Source: Azolla caroliniana
Taxonomy: Eukaryota > Plantae > Polypodiophyta
Length of the DNA stretch: 64,000 nucleotides
Assembly (NCBI GenBank): GCA_043228905.1
Contig: JBHGNT010000020.1
Span: forward strand, 3,534,001-3,598,000
Direction: 5' to 3'
Each line of letters starts with the position of its first letter. Position 1 is the first letter of the stretch. Shown here in pieces: positions 12,994-25,500 of this stretch. The notes beneath the pieces are model-generated. The model had not been told where the DNA came from. It worked only from the letters and a program-made list of their open reading frames with translations, and ran no database searches. Made by a program: the position numbers and the translations under genes.

Positions 12994-14209
12994 CTCTTCG
13001 TTGTTGAAAATAATCTCAACAGGACCCCCGTTATCGGAGATGTTTTGTCCGTTATCGATCGAGGGGCCTGTTGGTGCAATGTGTTCGACAATGGCGATGT
13101 TCCCTCCTCAAAACCTGCTCCTCCTCGAACAGTGGGGGAGGTGTGAGAGGAAACCCTAAAGGATGGCCTCCTCACGAAACTGAGGAGGGTGATGCAGCAG
13201 CGGCGGGGAGGAGAGGCGCTCCGGCTCCAGCTCTTGCTCCTGCTCCTGCGCTTGTGATCCTTTAGTGTCACAAAGAGTCGTCTCTCGGCCCCTGCTCTGG
13301 CTCCGGCTCAAGCTCCTGCTCCGCAGCCTACAGGCGCGAGTCAGCCCTCCTGCGCCGCTGCTCTGCTGTGCCGGGCGGGTCTCCTGGTGAGACGCCCACA
13401 CCGCAAACCTCCGCCGGGGATTGGCGCGCCGCTCTACTGCACCTGCTGCTGCACCCGAGTTTTGGTCCTTAAGAGAGGAACTTTTGCATAATATTATATG
13501 TTAGTACCACTTATCTTCTATTTTTAGTGAGTCTCGTGTCTCATTATTTAGGTGTGATACAACCTATGTATATATGAACAAAGAATAATAATTTCTTTTG
13601 TATTAAAGAAATATGGATGATGCCCATTTAAAAATCATGATGGGAATGGGGGTACCTTAGACTTAGATGGGAGATTTAGCATCTCCCTTATTCAAACTCG
13701 ATCAAATGATGAGAAGTTGAAACCAATGTGCTCATTTCAGTCTTGCATCCCTAAAAATAATTTCTATGTCAATTAAAAGATATCCAAATGTATGATCACA
13801 TATTGCTTTTGTTCATGAAAACCCGAAGATGCAATTTTGCATCTGGTAAAGGTAAACTTATATAAAGTTGAAAGTTGTAAGGGACAACAAACTCTCGTAT
13901 GGATGTTCTAAAGACTAGATACATTGAGCACAAATTAAAGGAACTACTAGTCTAACATAAAAAGCAAGCACAAAAAACGAGCTAATGTTCTACCCAAGAG
14001 AACAGCGAAGCTAAGTGACTACGATCTAACATAAATTGAGTGTGTGTTTTGCCCATTGTAAGTAGCCAAGAGGACATTTGAAGCAATACAAATGTGTATA
14101 TAAGTTGGATACGTCTTGTTTAGTAACAAGGATGTATGTATATGTAAGCTTTCCTTAACCTTATAATAGTAGCTTTAGAGGAGGAAGTTGTTTGGAGAAG
14201 GGCCAAGAG

Positions 14210-14459
14210 ATGGGGGATGTGGATAGGGTAGTTGTGTTTTGGCATGAAGACATGGTGAAGAAGCATGACCTAGGGAGAGGGGTTTTCGATACTTTCCTGG
14301 ATCCAAAGTTCCTAGATGTGTTGGAACCACACCCGGAGAACGGTGAAAGAATACGGAACATGCGTTCTATACTGTTGAAAGGACCAATCTCACCGCACAT
14401 CGAGTGGAAGGAAGGGACACCCGCCCACATACAAGATCTCCTCTCTTTCCACACCCAAG
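14210..14459 (+). CDS. HDA8: Histone deacetylase 8-like (RPD3/HDA1 family), exon 1
   Basis: ATG at 14210. VFWH..M..HD...GVFDT..DP.FLDVLE.HPEN..R..NM.SIL..GPI matches the plant HDA8 N-terminus. GT donor at 14460. Confidence 0.93.
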
Positions 14460-14625
14460 GTTAGTGAAGTAAATGTCACTAGAGGGGGGGTGGGGGGGAT
14501 GATCCCTTCATTAACATGCTTAGCCAATATTTCCTCTCTTTTTTTATCATCATAGATCCTTTTATGTACATTTGTTTCTCTAAAGACATCCCCTTCTGTA
14601 ATTGATGCCAAATTTTGAACTCTAG

Positions 14626-15215
14626 ACTATATCGATGAATTAATCATGGCCGACTCTAATGCTGATGTCCCAAGCGAGTTTTGCTCGGGTACGAGATTCG
14701 TGGTGGGGTCATGGGACACCGCCCTTCTAGCCGCGGGTACTACGCTCGATGCCATGAGAAGCATACTCGACGGACAAAGCAAGCTTGCATATGCCCTTGT
14801 CCGGCCGCCCGGGCATCACGCCCAACCGACCCATGCCGATGGCTATTGCTTCCTCAACAATGCCGGCTTGGCCATTGAGCTCGCGATATCTAGTTACCGC
14901 ATAAAGCGGGTCGCGGTCGTGGATTTCGATGTGCACTATGGGAATGGCACGGCAGAAGGCTTCTACCAACGAGATGATGTGTTGACAATATCCCTACACA
15001 TGAACCATGGGTCGTGGGGCCGTTCGCACCCTCAAACCGGGCGCGTCGATGAGGCCGGGATGGGTAAAGGGCTCGGGTTTAACATGAATGTCCCATTGCC
15101 CAATGGTACCGGGGACATGGGATACGAGCTCGCGATGCGGGAGTTGGTTGTCCCCGCACTAGCAAGATTCAAACCCGAGCTCATCGTGATGGTGATCGGC
15201 CAAGACTCGAGCGCG
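14626..15215 (+). CDS. HDA8: HDA8 exon 2
   Basis: AG at 14624-14625, phase-1 join. RPPGHH, GYCFLNN, DFDVHYGNGT, SLHMNHGSWG, NVPLPNG, GQDSSA. GT donor at 15216. Confidence 0.95.
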
Positions 15216-15249
15216 GTATGTCTTTTTGTCCATTCCTAATGTGAATAGT

Positions 15250-15303
<54 letters not shown>

Positions 15304-15698
15304 ATATCAGAAACAAATCATTGTGCACAATCGTCTACTTCTATGTTGTCCATGGAGATCCGCGAAATCTATACACCATGTGTTTTGAGTCTTTCGGGGT
15401 CATGTATACATACATATATGATATAAGCATTCTCGATAACGTGACTTGAATGCCCAAATACTATGGGAGTTTTTTCATGAAGGTCACTAGTTGTGTACAA
15501 CCCCTTGAAATGGTGGATATAAATAGTGTAGGGCTTAGTTAGCTAGTAAAGAGACAACTTTCCATGAACTCACATGCTATGGTTACATATTTATGGGTGT
15601 GCAAAAAAAGGCCCCCAGAAAAAGTTACAAAGCCCCACATCAACTTTGGTTATGCATATTATTTATGAGTCCTTCCTTCGAATATTCTTTTTCTACAG

Positions 15699-16004
15699 TT
15701 TGATCCTAATGGGAGACAATGCTTAACAATGGGGGGGTATCGTCGACTCGGTCAAATTATTCGCAATCAAGCAGACTTATATAGTGATGGGCGAGTGTTA
15801 CTTGTGCAAGAGGGTGGTTACCATCTCACTTATTCGGCCTATTGCTTGCATGCTACATTGGAGGGTATATTGAAGCTTCCATCACCTCTTCTCCATGACC
15901 CCATGGCTTACTATCCCGAAGATCATGAGTTATCCGTGGCCGCTATATCTAATATAAAGATCGAGTGGACCAAAATTTGCATGGATCCAAATGTAACCCA
16001 CTAG
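15699..16004 (+). CDS. HDA8: HDA8 exon 3
   Basis: AG at 15697-15698. FDPNGRQ, QEGGYH, YCLHATLEG, DPMAYYPE, TAG stop. Confidence 0.95.
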   Translation, partial: FDPNGRQCLTMGGYRRLGQIIRNQADLYSDGRVLLVQEGGYHLTYSAYCLHATLEGILKLPSPLLHDPMAYYPEDHELSVAAISNIKIEWTKICMDPNVTH

Positions 16005-16915
16005 TCCACCCTACTCATTTTAGATGTTTTTGTTAGGAATGACTTACCAAGTTTATTTCGATGAATTATGTAGTGGTTTAGTTGAATTCAAGGACATCGA
16101 GCTTCCTTGATTGGATTTTTGTACTGGTGATTGAAGTTCACTTAATGCATTAAACGGAATGGACATTCAATGTTATGCTCTTATGTGATGTATGAAATGT
16201 AGTCTAAAAGTAGATGATCAAGATCACTTTGCACACTAATAACACATTGCAATCCTACCCATGTGAAAGGCATGAATTCTTGTTTTTATTTGAATATGAG
16301 AGTTGTTCATTCTACTCACGTAATCACTTTATTCGTGACAATGCCCATTGCCCTACATCATCTTGTCATATACAGTTTTATCTTGCGTCTTGTGCTCGAT
16401 TTTCAAACTCACCTTGCATTTTTCCCTGCTTAAATATTCTACTTGTCGATAGTTAATAACACTTATGTTGCGTCAATAATCATAGCTCCTTGTTGCTTAA
16501 TACACAATAATGAGTCATGAGGGAGCTCCTTTTTTTTATTATGTTTTTATATAGTCGGGAAATCATGAAAACCCGACCTTTTGTTCATGTAAACTTAATA
16601 AGGTCTCATAAATGTTCAAAAAGTGCACATATTTAGGCTGCGGCCAAAATGTCACTTTATATTTGCTTTACAAAAAGCTCACCCTTTTCTTCATGTAAAC
16701 AAGAAAAAGTCTCAAATGAAATTGAAAAGCACATCGCCTCTACCAAATGTTGGGTTATATATTGACGTTACAACCTTTATTTTCATGGGATCATTCATTA
16801 AGGTTTGATCGTTGTGAACAAGTTTCGATTTGGAGCATGCTCATTTCTTTATTTCTTTAGAATTGGGAGTAGTTACATTCTTCCTTGAAAACGAACATTA
16901 TTTTAATTTTGATAA

Positions 16916-17010
16916 GCTAGTTTGTCCGAGTGGTTAAGGGGAGCGACTTAAGATTGCTTGCACACACAAGTGCACGTGGGTTCGAACCCCACTACTACCC
17001 ACAACTAGCA
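16916..17010 (+). tRNA. trnL-UAA: tRNA-Leu(TAA), probably a pseudogene (10-bp insertion after the T-stem)
   Basis: Acceptor GCTAGTT/AACTAGC(A). D-arm with GAGTGGTTAAG. Anticodon arm AGCGA-CT-TAA-GA-TTGCT. Long variable arm TGCAC...GTGCA. T-arm GTGGG-TTCGAAC-CCCAC. Extra TACTACCCAC at 16993-17002. No T-run terminator downstream. Confidence 0.85.
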
Positions 17011-18019
17011 TAGTATAAGATAGGTAGCATTGATTGATGGTTGGGGCTTCAAAGGGCATATCATTTGTAGCTATGAGAAATTTTTAGTTGGAAGTATCCT
17101 TGTAGCATTTGAGTAGAAACTCCAATATAAAACTAAATCATGATGAGCATTACTTGTTTTATTTTATTATTATTCTTTTGCCATCTTTGGGTCGAGTTCA
17201 TGATATGATATTTGTGCTCTCTTTTATTCATGCGAGAATGGTGGGTCATTAGTCGAGTTTTCAAGGATTTTTTGTTACAGTTAGTTAACGGGGGCCCATA
17301 TCTCATAAATCTCTTGAAACCGAAGTTACATGAATATTGTCTCTTGCTTCCTTTAGCCCATTGAAGGTTCGACAACCTAATCACGTGTTTCATCTTTTGT
17401 TTGGCCAATTGTAGGTGCATTGTTTGTTGGGTACTTTTGGGTGGCCAAGGCACATTGACAAAGCACATTTATGCCTATTTTCAAGTGTTCCTAATCTAGC
17501 ACATTGTAAATTATCACCTCATTATGATGTTTTCCACCATTAATATGATGATTTCATAAAGAATTGTTTGTCTGTATGTTGAGTTCAACCAATTGTGTGT
17601 CTAAATAATGCGAGAAGCTAAGGGATCAAAGGTCAAAAACCTAATTGATATTCTTTAACCTAAGAAAGGCTAGAAAGAAGCTTAACTATACAAATCCTAT
17701 AATGTCACCACTACTAAACAACTTTAATCGATCTCATTACCAAACTATAGTTCACTTTTTCTTTATGCAAGCATTAAGCAAACATTTGGCTTGAGTGTTA
17801 TGATTAAGGTTGAGTTTGAGAATATATTTTCCCATATAGTTTTTATATATTGTGACCCAGATTTGGTGGTCTCAATGGGATATTCTAAAGCCATTTGAAG
17901 ACTTGATAATTTGGATGTTCGACTTGACAACTACCTAGAAACGAAATAAGTTGTGGATGGATGGAGATAACCTTGTATTTTGCTTAGGAATAGTGTTTCT
18001 AAAATTATGTGATGGAAAG

Positions 18020-18154
18020 TTTTTTTTCTTTTTCCAAAAAAAAACTCCTTCCATTAGTTATAAAATTTTACAAATGAGACGATTATGTACAAATCCATAA
18101 AGGGACGCGATAGTTCCGTCTTATGTGGATGCCCCCTGACTCAAGAAAGGGAGA
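18020..18154 (-). mobile_element. ~135-bp 3'-terminal stub of the same LINE family
   Basis: ccaaaaaaaaactccttccattagttata...gattatgtacaaatcc.taaagggacgcgatagttcc...gactcaagaaagggaga is nearly identical to 7095-7215. No clear TSD. Confidence 0.88.
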
Positions 18155-19682
18155 TAATGCATGCTAAAACTTGAGCAAATAGATACTTATAGAATGTTCA
18201 TAGGTGCATTCCATAATACAATGAAACCACATAAAACTTCGTGAACCTAGGAAAAAAGAAGACATGGTTCTATAAAACAATTATTAAACATCAACAAAAT
18301 CCAAGTGTTTATTACTTGAATTTACTCGTGTTGAGAATGAGTTTGCGGATTATAAAATCCATTTTAACATTTAAATGGCATCCCATTATGTGCAAGTAGT
18401 AAACGTAAAATCCCTCTTACAACCTTATTAGAGAAGAATGCCATTCTAGTTATGTCAATGATTTTGATGCCTATCATTCCTTTTATTGAAGCTCCAAAAT
18501 CCCAACATGCAAAATCCATGATTTTGATTTTTGTGGCTCCTAGGACCATGCATTTTTCATTCATTGGCCTTAAATTTACATTGATACCTTAAAGATTTAG
18601 AAGAAGTATGGCTAGGTAAAACCTTGAAAACGTATGTATATAAGACCTATCCAATTGGGTCATGGTTAGAAACGTTACCATTGAATTGATATCTGTGTGC
18701 ATGTGATATAGACTCGTGGGACCAAAATACTTGTAAAGACTAAAGTAAAAGCAACCCCCACCAAAATAGAATCAAAGGGGCCTTTTACCCTTGGTCGACT
18801 ACGGTAGCACCACAATTCATAAATAGTTGCACCAAGAGGTAGTGTATATGTGCTCAAATGAAATGGGAACCCTTCTTAGAGAAATTTGCTTGGCCCTACA
18901 ACCCTTGCCGATTCCACTACTTTTAGGCCTTGCATGGTGAAAAGAATGTTCAACACAAAACAACATATTTCTCCTTTCTTGCAATATTGTCTCTCTACGT
19001 ACTAGAAGCAAAGTGAGCACAACATATTTCCCACTCTCCATTGCTTGGAATATATCAACTATATAGGCATATCCTTTATTTTATGAATAGAAGCATCGAT
19101 TCTATATATGTTGTCCAAACCAAGATGATTTCATCATCCATGAAAATATTCATTTAGAACTTATGAATTTTGTAGCAAATATTAACCCAACTTAGCCCAA
19201 GACAATCAGAAGTATCCATCCCACTCTCGCCACTTCAAGAGCGTATTTAACCAAAAATAGCCACGAGAACATTTGATTAAGTTTTGTTAACCGTTCGAAG
19301 CTTCACCTCATAGCTATCCAAACATAGCCCTCATGAGTTCAAACACTTGGATAAAGTTGTTTGAATTGTTGAAAAAATAGGTAGCTATGAGGGACAACAC
19401 TTGCTAATTTAGTTTTTACATTTTGAAGGTTTTAGCACACACTTAGCAAACTTAGAACACACATGGGAGCCTCTAGAATAAACACTTTGGACCACTTGAA
19501 AAAATAGAAGTTCCATCTATAATGTTATAGAGTAGCTTCATTGGATTATTGTTATTCCCATATGGGAGCACAAATGTTTATCACTTACAAGACCCTATAC
19601 ATTGCCAAATTGTTCTGCGGTGACGTGTTTGTGTGTGTGAACCAAAGGGTTCTGTCCCTCACATAAATAACCTTACAAAGAT

Positions 19683-19731
19683 TTGTGTATGTGTGTGTAT
19701 GTGTGTGTGTGTGTGCGTGTGTGTGTGTGTT
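19683..19731. repeat. (TG)n microsatellite in the 3' region of the zinc-finger gene
   Basis: Read directly from the sequence. Confidence 0.9.
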
Positions 19732-19782
19732 TGTCAACAAGGGGTGGACATCCCTTTATAAATAACCTTACAAAAGGTATCC

Positions 19783-21247
19783 TCACACTTTGATGAGGTT
19801 GTATGTACATAAGAGGCCATTGTTGTAGCCAATTTCATCATCTTCATCTAAGGAAGCCGGCAAGTTGAGATCTATCATTCCATCCACCTTCCGATCGGTG
19901 CGAGATTTGAGACTTTTATTAGACGATTCTCCGGGAAGAAAACCTTGTTCTTGTTTTTGCGCTCTTGAACAATATTGCTTGATGCAACTATTGCCATCAT
20001 TATTGTTGCTTGAAGCGACACTCGAAGCTTCTGGAAGCTTCTCACCATTCCAATGGCATCTCTTATGTCCACCAAGAGCTTGCCCGGACGCGAAGACCTT
20101 GTGGCAAATGGAGCATTCATGACCTTTCACATTCCTAGAATTGGAAATCACTTTACTTTCTTGATGTTGTTGATCATGTGACAAATTAGGTGTGGCTTGC
20201 ATTGTAGATTCAATCATCCCACGCCGCCTCGGCAATGGGACACTAGTTAGTTCGTCATCTTTCACAACCTTGTCATGCACCTGCCTAACAAAGTAGTTAC
20301 TGGCTCTTGCAAAGCATCCTTTAGTTTTCCTATGGCTTGCCCTATGCCCTCCAAGTGCTTGATGAGACTTAAAGCACTTCTTGCAAGTACTACATTCATA
20401 CTTAACCCTCCCGGCCTCGGCTTTGAGCTCGGCTTCGAGCTCAGCATCATCATTTAGCTCTAGCTCGGGGTCCTCCTCCTCCTCCTCCTCATCCTCCTCC
20501 TCCTCCTCCTCCTCCTCCTCGGAGTACTCAACAGTCGTTGAAGAAGAAGAATCGATGGCATTAAGCTTCCTATTAGTCAAGCTCGACTCTTGTGTTGTAA
20601 TCTCCGTTTCGACATCATCCCCACTTGTGCCGACCACATGGTTTCCTCCATTAGAGAGTAAGACAAGGCAATTGGCCATGTCATGGAGGTCTTCTTGGTC
20701 CTTGGTACTAAGATCATCGCTGGAAGTAGTGGTCTCGGAAGTGAGACCGGGGCCATAATCCGATGGGGTGGTACCAATGATAAAACTAGGGCTACCTCTA
20801 GGGGCATTGTTGGAATTCATACCTGGATTCATCCTCCTCGATCGCTTCCTAGTGGATGGCCATAGATTCGAAGCAGCTCGGGTCCGTGTCCGAGTACCAA
20901 CCCTTACTAATACTCCCATGTCTTCTCCTTCAAGCTTCCCTTCCTCTTCTTCTTCTTCTTCTTCTTCTTCTTCTTCTTGGGGCTTCTTATGCTCTAGGGC
21001 TTGCTCGAGTTGATCTTGTGCTTGATCTGGCTTATGTATGCCTCTCCATTCTCTCTCGGGATGAGATCTCATGTGGCCGAAGAGAGCTTTACACGACCCG
21101 AAAACCTTACCACATTCCGAGCACCGGAACCGGGAAGCCGGGCCGTCCTGATTAAGGCCGAGGCCCGGTGATGATCCCTCTTCTTCTTGCCTTCTTCTAC
21201 TTATGTCCATGGATTCACCCCATTCTTCAAGTGCTTTCAATTCTCTG

Positions 21248-21278
<31 letters not shown>

Positions 21279-22299
21279 TAGCATCAATCTCATTGTCTAA
21301 TCTTACCGTGGATTCCTCAGACTTAATCCGGTTCATCACGCCTTGCGAAACTGTACCGATCCTGTTAGGGTTAGGGTTAGGGTTATGGTTAAAGGTCGGA
21401 GGAGGAGGAGGGTTGTTAAGTGGTGGATTGTAGTGATTAAGCCATGGCTTTGGAGACTTGTGGAGAGCTAATGCATCCTCCTGATTAGTGACCATTGCTT
21501 GATTGTTATTGCTGCTTAAGGCGCCATGGATTCTCATGTGTCCGCCTAAAGCTCGGCCTGATGGGAATTCTCGATTACAAAACCTACAAATCCGAGCACT
21601 TGTATTACATGGAGGAGGATTAGTAGCACTAATCTCACCACTAAACATTCCCTTCATCCGCTTCCTCTCTGGAAGATTAGCACTAATCACACTCTTCTTG
21701 TCGCCAGGGGGGTTAGCACTAATCATAGTCTTCTTCTCGGGTGGATTTGCACTAATCCAACTCTTCTTTTCGGGAGGATTAGCACTAATCACAGTCTTCT
21801 TCTTCTTCTTCTTCTTCTTCTTCTCCTCCTCCTCCTCCTCAAAGCACCCATTATGGCTACTCTTGAAAGCTTGAGTTAGCATAGTTACAGATTGTGAATC
21901 ACGGCCACTAGTATATTGAGCTCTAAGAAAAGCAGAAGGAGAAGAAGAAGAAGAATACTCTGTGTCTCCATAGCTTTTCCTCGCTCCATCTGATCTGTCG
22001 AATAGCCCTGGCTTCGACTGAGGAGCAAGACAGTGACGATGAATCACACTACAATTCTGTTGATCTGAAGAAGACGACCCATTATGGGGAACCTCCATAG
22101 CTAAGAAACCATGGAGGTTATCCCGAGCAGGATCCTCGGATTTGGGCATAGTACTCTGTTCCCCTGCTAATTGGCCAGGAGAGGTGAGAAGCTCTGCTCT
22201 GCCATAGCCAGTTACAGGGGAATCAGTGAAATGGTGAAGAAGATCGGGATTAATAAGTGTAGGAGGAGGAGGAGGAGGAGGGTGTGGTTGGACCTCCAT
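19783..22299 (-). CDS. Intronless C2H2 (QALGGH-type) zinc-finger repressor with 4 fingers and an EAR motif, DAZ1/ZAT2-3-like
   Basis: 838-aa ORF. Fingers: CRFC..RALGGHMRIH, CSECGKVF.S.KALFGHMRSHPEREWRGI, CSTC...HQALGGHRASH...KGCFA, CSIC.KVF.SGQALGGHKRCHW. CLLM-like box ANCLVLLS and C-terminal DLNLP. Poly-P/E/D/K tracts come from triplet repeats. Confidence 0.9.
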
Positions 22300-22468
22300 G
22301 ATGATGAAGAATCAATGGAAAAGCTTGAAAATGAGTAAATAGTGTTATATATAAAATGGAGGAAAATAGGAAGAAGTTGAGCCGACATGCAAAGCATGCA
22401 TCCATAACAGCCCAAAAAATGATAGAAATAAAAATCCTTATTTTATTTCTTTTGTCAAGCAACCCAAA

Positions 22469-22472
<4 letters not shown>

Positions 22473-22523
<51 letters not shown>

Positions 22524-22566
22524 ACACACACACACACAACTCACTCACTCACTCTCACTCTCTCAC
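22473..22566. repeat. (CT)n/(CA)n microsatellite upstream of the zinc-finger gene (GA repeat on the gene strand)
   Basis: Read directly from the sequence. Confidence 0.9.
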
Positions 22567-25500
22567 TTAGAGTAGAACAAGAGCCATACAAGTGAGTGAC
22601 TACATGGCCTTCTAACATGCATTCCTGTGTGTGTGCGTGCGTGCGTGCGTTCGTTTGTGTGCACATGTGTCGATATGTATATAACCCGACCGATATCCTG
22701 CCTGTTAAGCTTGTCTCGCGCCTAACTGATCGATCATGCGAACTATTGTATTTTATTGGTTCGTTGAGCTAGAAACAACGCCCATGCCATAAGAAAAACG
22801 ATTGCCAGGTTATTGCAGCATATATATATATATATTCATTCACTTCGAAGCTAATGGCTTTGGTGCATGAGCCCGTTTCTCCTTACATGCACTCAAAAAC
22901 CTTTCAAGTCGTTAGTACAATGACCCGAAACATATTACCTGTATGGCCTTTTTACAAAGTGCTCGAGCTTTCAAGCTCTTAAGATGACAATCCAAACATT
23001 TGGCAATCAGGTCTCGTGTTGTGCTCATTCGTTTATGCTTTCATATTATGGGAAGCCAGAGTTTCTAGTACATTGAATGGCTAAGGGGGCGTCAACATAT
23101 AACCAAGTGAACCCGTGCCGACAATGTATGCTATTTGTGGGCTCAAGCCAAATAATAGAGTGTCTCCTAGAATAGCATGAGGGCTATGGATCGGATGATA
23201 GTGTGAAATCTCAATGAGAGCTTTCTCATATCATCTTCAATGTTCTTTGTCCATAACATACCACATGCCCCAAATGTCCAAAGTCTTGGAAGCATGTTTC
23301 ATTTCTCTATTGGTCTTATAGTCAAGAAATCACAGGCTTTCAAAGCTTGATGCTTATATTGGGATGCATGCTTATACAATGGGAAAATACATGTTCATGA
23401 TTTGTGACATGGTCACCTATGGAGAAGAAACAACTGAGATTATCGCTCATCCTCTCTACTTAGTGGGTAGAGCTTCTCGAGAATGAACAAACTTTTCACA
23501 ATCAAGTGTCGCAACTTTCTTCCCTTTCAAATGATCTTTTTGGTGTGCACTTATGTGGTTCTCACTTTTGGGTGGTGAGCAGTTGTCTTAGGAGAAGGAT
23601 CCTTGTCATAATCAAGATTCACGCTTTACAAGTCGCTTGATTCTCAACTAAAAAGTATTATTTGTATGCAAATGTCATGCCTAGGTGGTCGGTTTCATGA
23701 CTAAGTTTATGAGGGGTGATGTTCGCCTCATGCTTTTTTGAGTGCAGAGCATGGATACATAGAATAAAGTCCAAAGTCCAAGGTTTGTATGCATAAAATC
23801 GTAGGTCATGGGTCTCACGATTAATTCAGAGAGTTGAAATGCTCCCCCTTGCTTATGTGCGCGTGTGTGACCAAGAATAGAGATCAAGATCTTTGTGTGT
23901 AGTATAATTTTACCAACCCAACTTAAGGGATGAAAATGGACATTATCTTATGTAAATTAGAAATAGTTAGTGTTTTCTACGAGTGTAGCTTAAAGAAAGA
24001 AAATTATGTTTCATAGAATTATGGCCATATGCAAGCTTCTTTACCATAAAGACTCAATCAAGCCTCATAACATCATATCCAACACCAATATATAATAAAA
24101 AACCTTGCATAGAACACTTGTAAGATTCAAATGAACAAAGTCTTTGGGAAATTAAACTATAAATAGAGTAGGATCTCTTCGTTTGAAAGAGAAATGGAAG
24201 GGGAAAAAAACAAGGTAGACATAAAAACATGACATCACAACAATCTTCAATCAATGCATTATGTGTGATCATGTCATCTAAGGTTCACACCATAAGTTAC
24301 TCCTAAATCACTACCTACATGTGTTAGAAGCCCACAACAAATATTGTTTGGGAAACCTTCTTTATTGGAAATAATCTTGGGGCAGTTTCACAACTCCTTT
24401 CTACCTCAATGGTAATGTGCCATGATTACATCCTTCATAAATAGTCATCATGGAGCAATATGCACGCATGCACATTTGGGTGTGAGTGTATATTTGTGTA
24501 TCAAGTCAACTCCACCATTGGGCGTATATCAATTCAAACAACTAATCATGGTCCCTACTCATAATAATTAAATTTAATCATCTTATCAAACTGCTTTATT
24601 CCAAAGTTTCCCTTTTATACACACTTGGTGTAGTGGCTCCACTATCATTTATAAAAGATCGGAGACTATCTACGAAAACATGAAATTCACTTGACAGTTT
24701 GAAGACAAGTTGATAGTCATCAATAATTCACACATTAGGTAATTTAGGTAATGTGCAATTCAAGATTTAATTTGTGCTAGGTAGTTGATGTTGGACTGAG
24801 ATGTTTACTAAATCACCAAGTCATGATAGAAGCAAAGGAGTTGCAAGTCCTTGAACAAAAGAAGAAGATATTGGAGAAGTTGATCACCTCAAAGGAAAAT
24901 AAAAATGATGTAGAACTTGAGGAGGTAAAGTATAATATGGAGAAACCTTGAAGGACATTGAAGAGAGTTGGCTTGAAATGCGTGCCAATATGGAAGAGGC
25001 CATCGCCGACATCAATACATTGTTGGTTCCAAACGTATGATGTACATAATTTGAAGTTTTATTTTCTTAATTTGGATCTAAATCCCACTTACAAGCAATA
25101 AATCATAGAGTGGCCGTGTTTTTGGACTGGGAGACGGGTATGCTTTCTAGGCTAAAAAGTGTGTAACCATGGTTGTCTACTAGTTATGGCAGTGATGTGC
25201 ATAATTCATTTTTCTAACATAATATCATTGTTTATTTAAAAATCTAAACGAATAAAAAATAAAGAAGAAATTCCACATCGAAAGGAGAACACTTGGGCTG
25301 CATTGGGCACTTACTTTTGTTTTCAAGTTTTGGCAAAGTCAACCTTCTAATAGGAGTTTATATCTTTAGCACTAGCAGTCTTTACATGGATTAGATATGT
25401 ATGTGTTGAATTCCTTTTGTATTGTATGTTTGCATATAGTAACTAACATCAACTGCATTGCATCGTGACCATTAGAAACAATGTCTATTTAATTACCTTC

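Larger units (their letters stand above)
7068..13501 (-). mobile_element. Full-length L1/Tx1-type LINE, decayed
   Basis: 18-bp TSD tagtaccacttatcttct at 7050-7067 and 13502-13519. GC-rich repetitive 5' leader, ORF1, ORF2 (EN-RT-zf), short 3' UTR and GA-rich tail. Confidence 0.95.

Noticed and set aside
17133-19041. Short ORFs that may be decayed DNA-transposon coding sequence
   Set aside because: No recognisable motif, TIR or TSD.
21610-21795. Regularly spaced short repeats resembling a CRISPR array
   Set aside because: In-frame coding minisatellite in a eukaryotic gene; the spacers are related to each other and there are no cas genes.
20381-21874. Plus-strand Ser-rich ORFs
   Set aside because: Antisense shadows of the triplet repeats in the zinc-finger gene.
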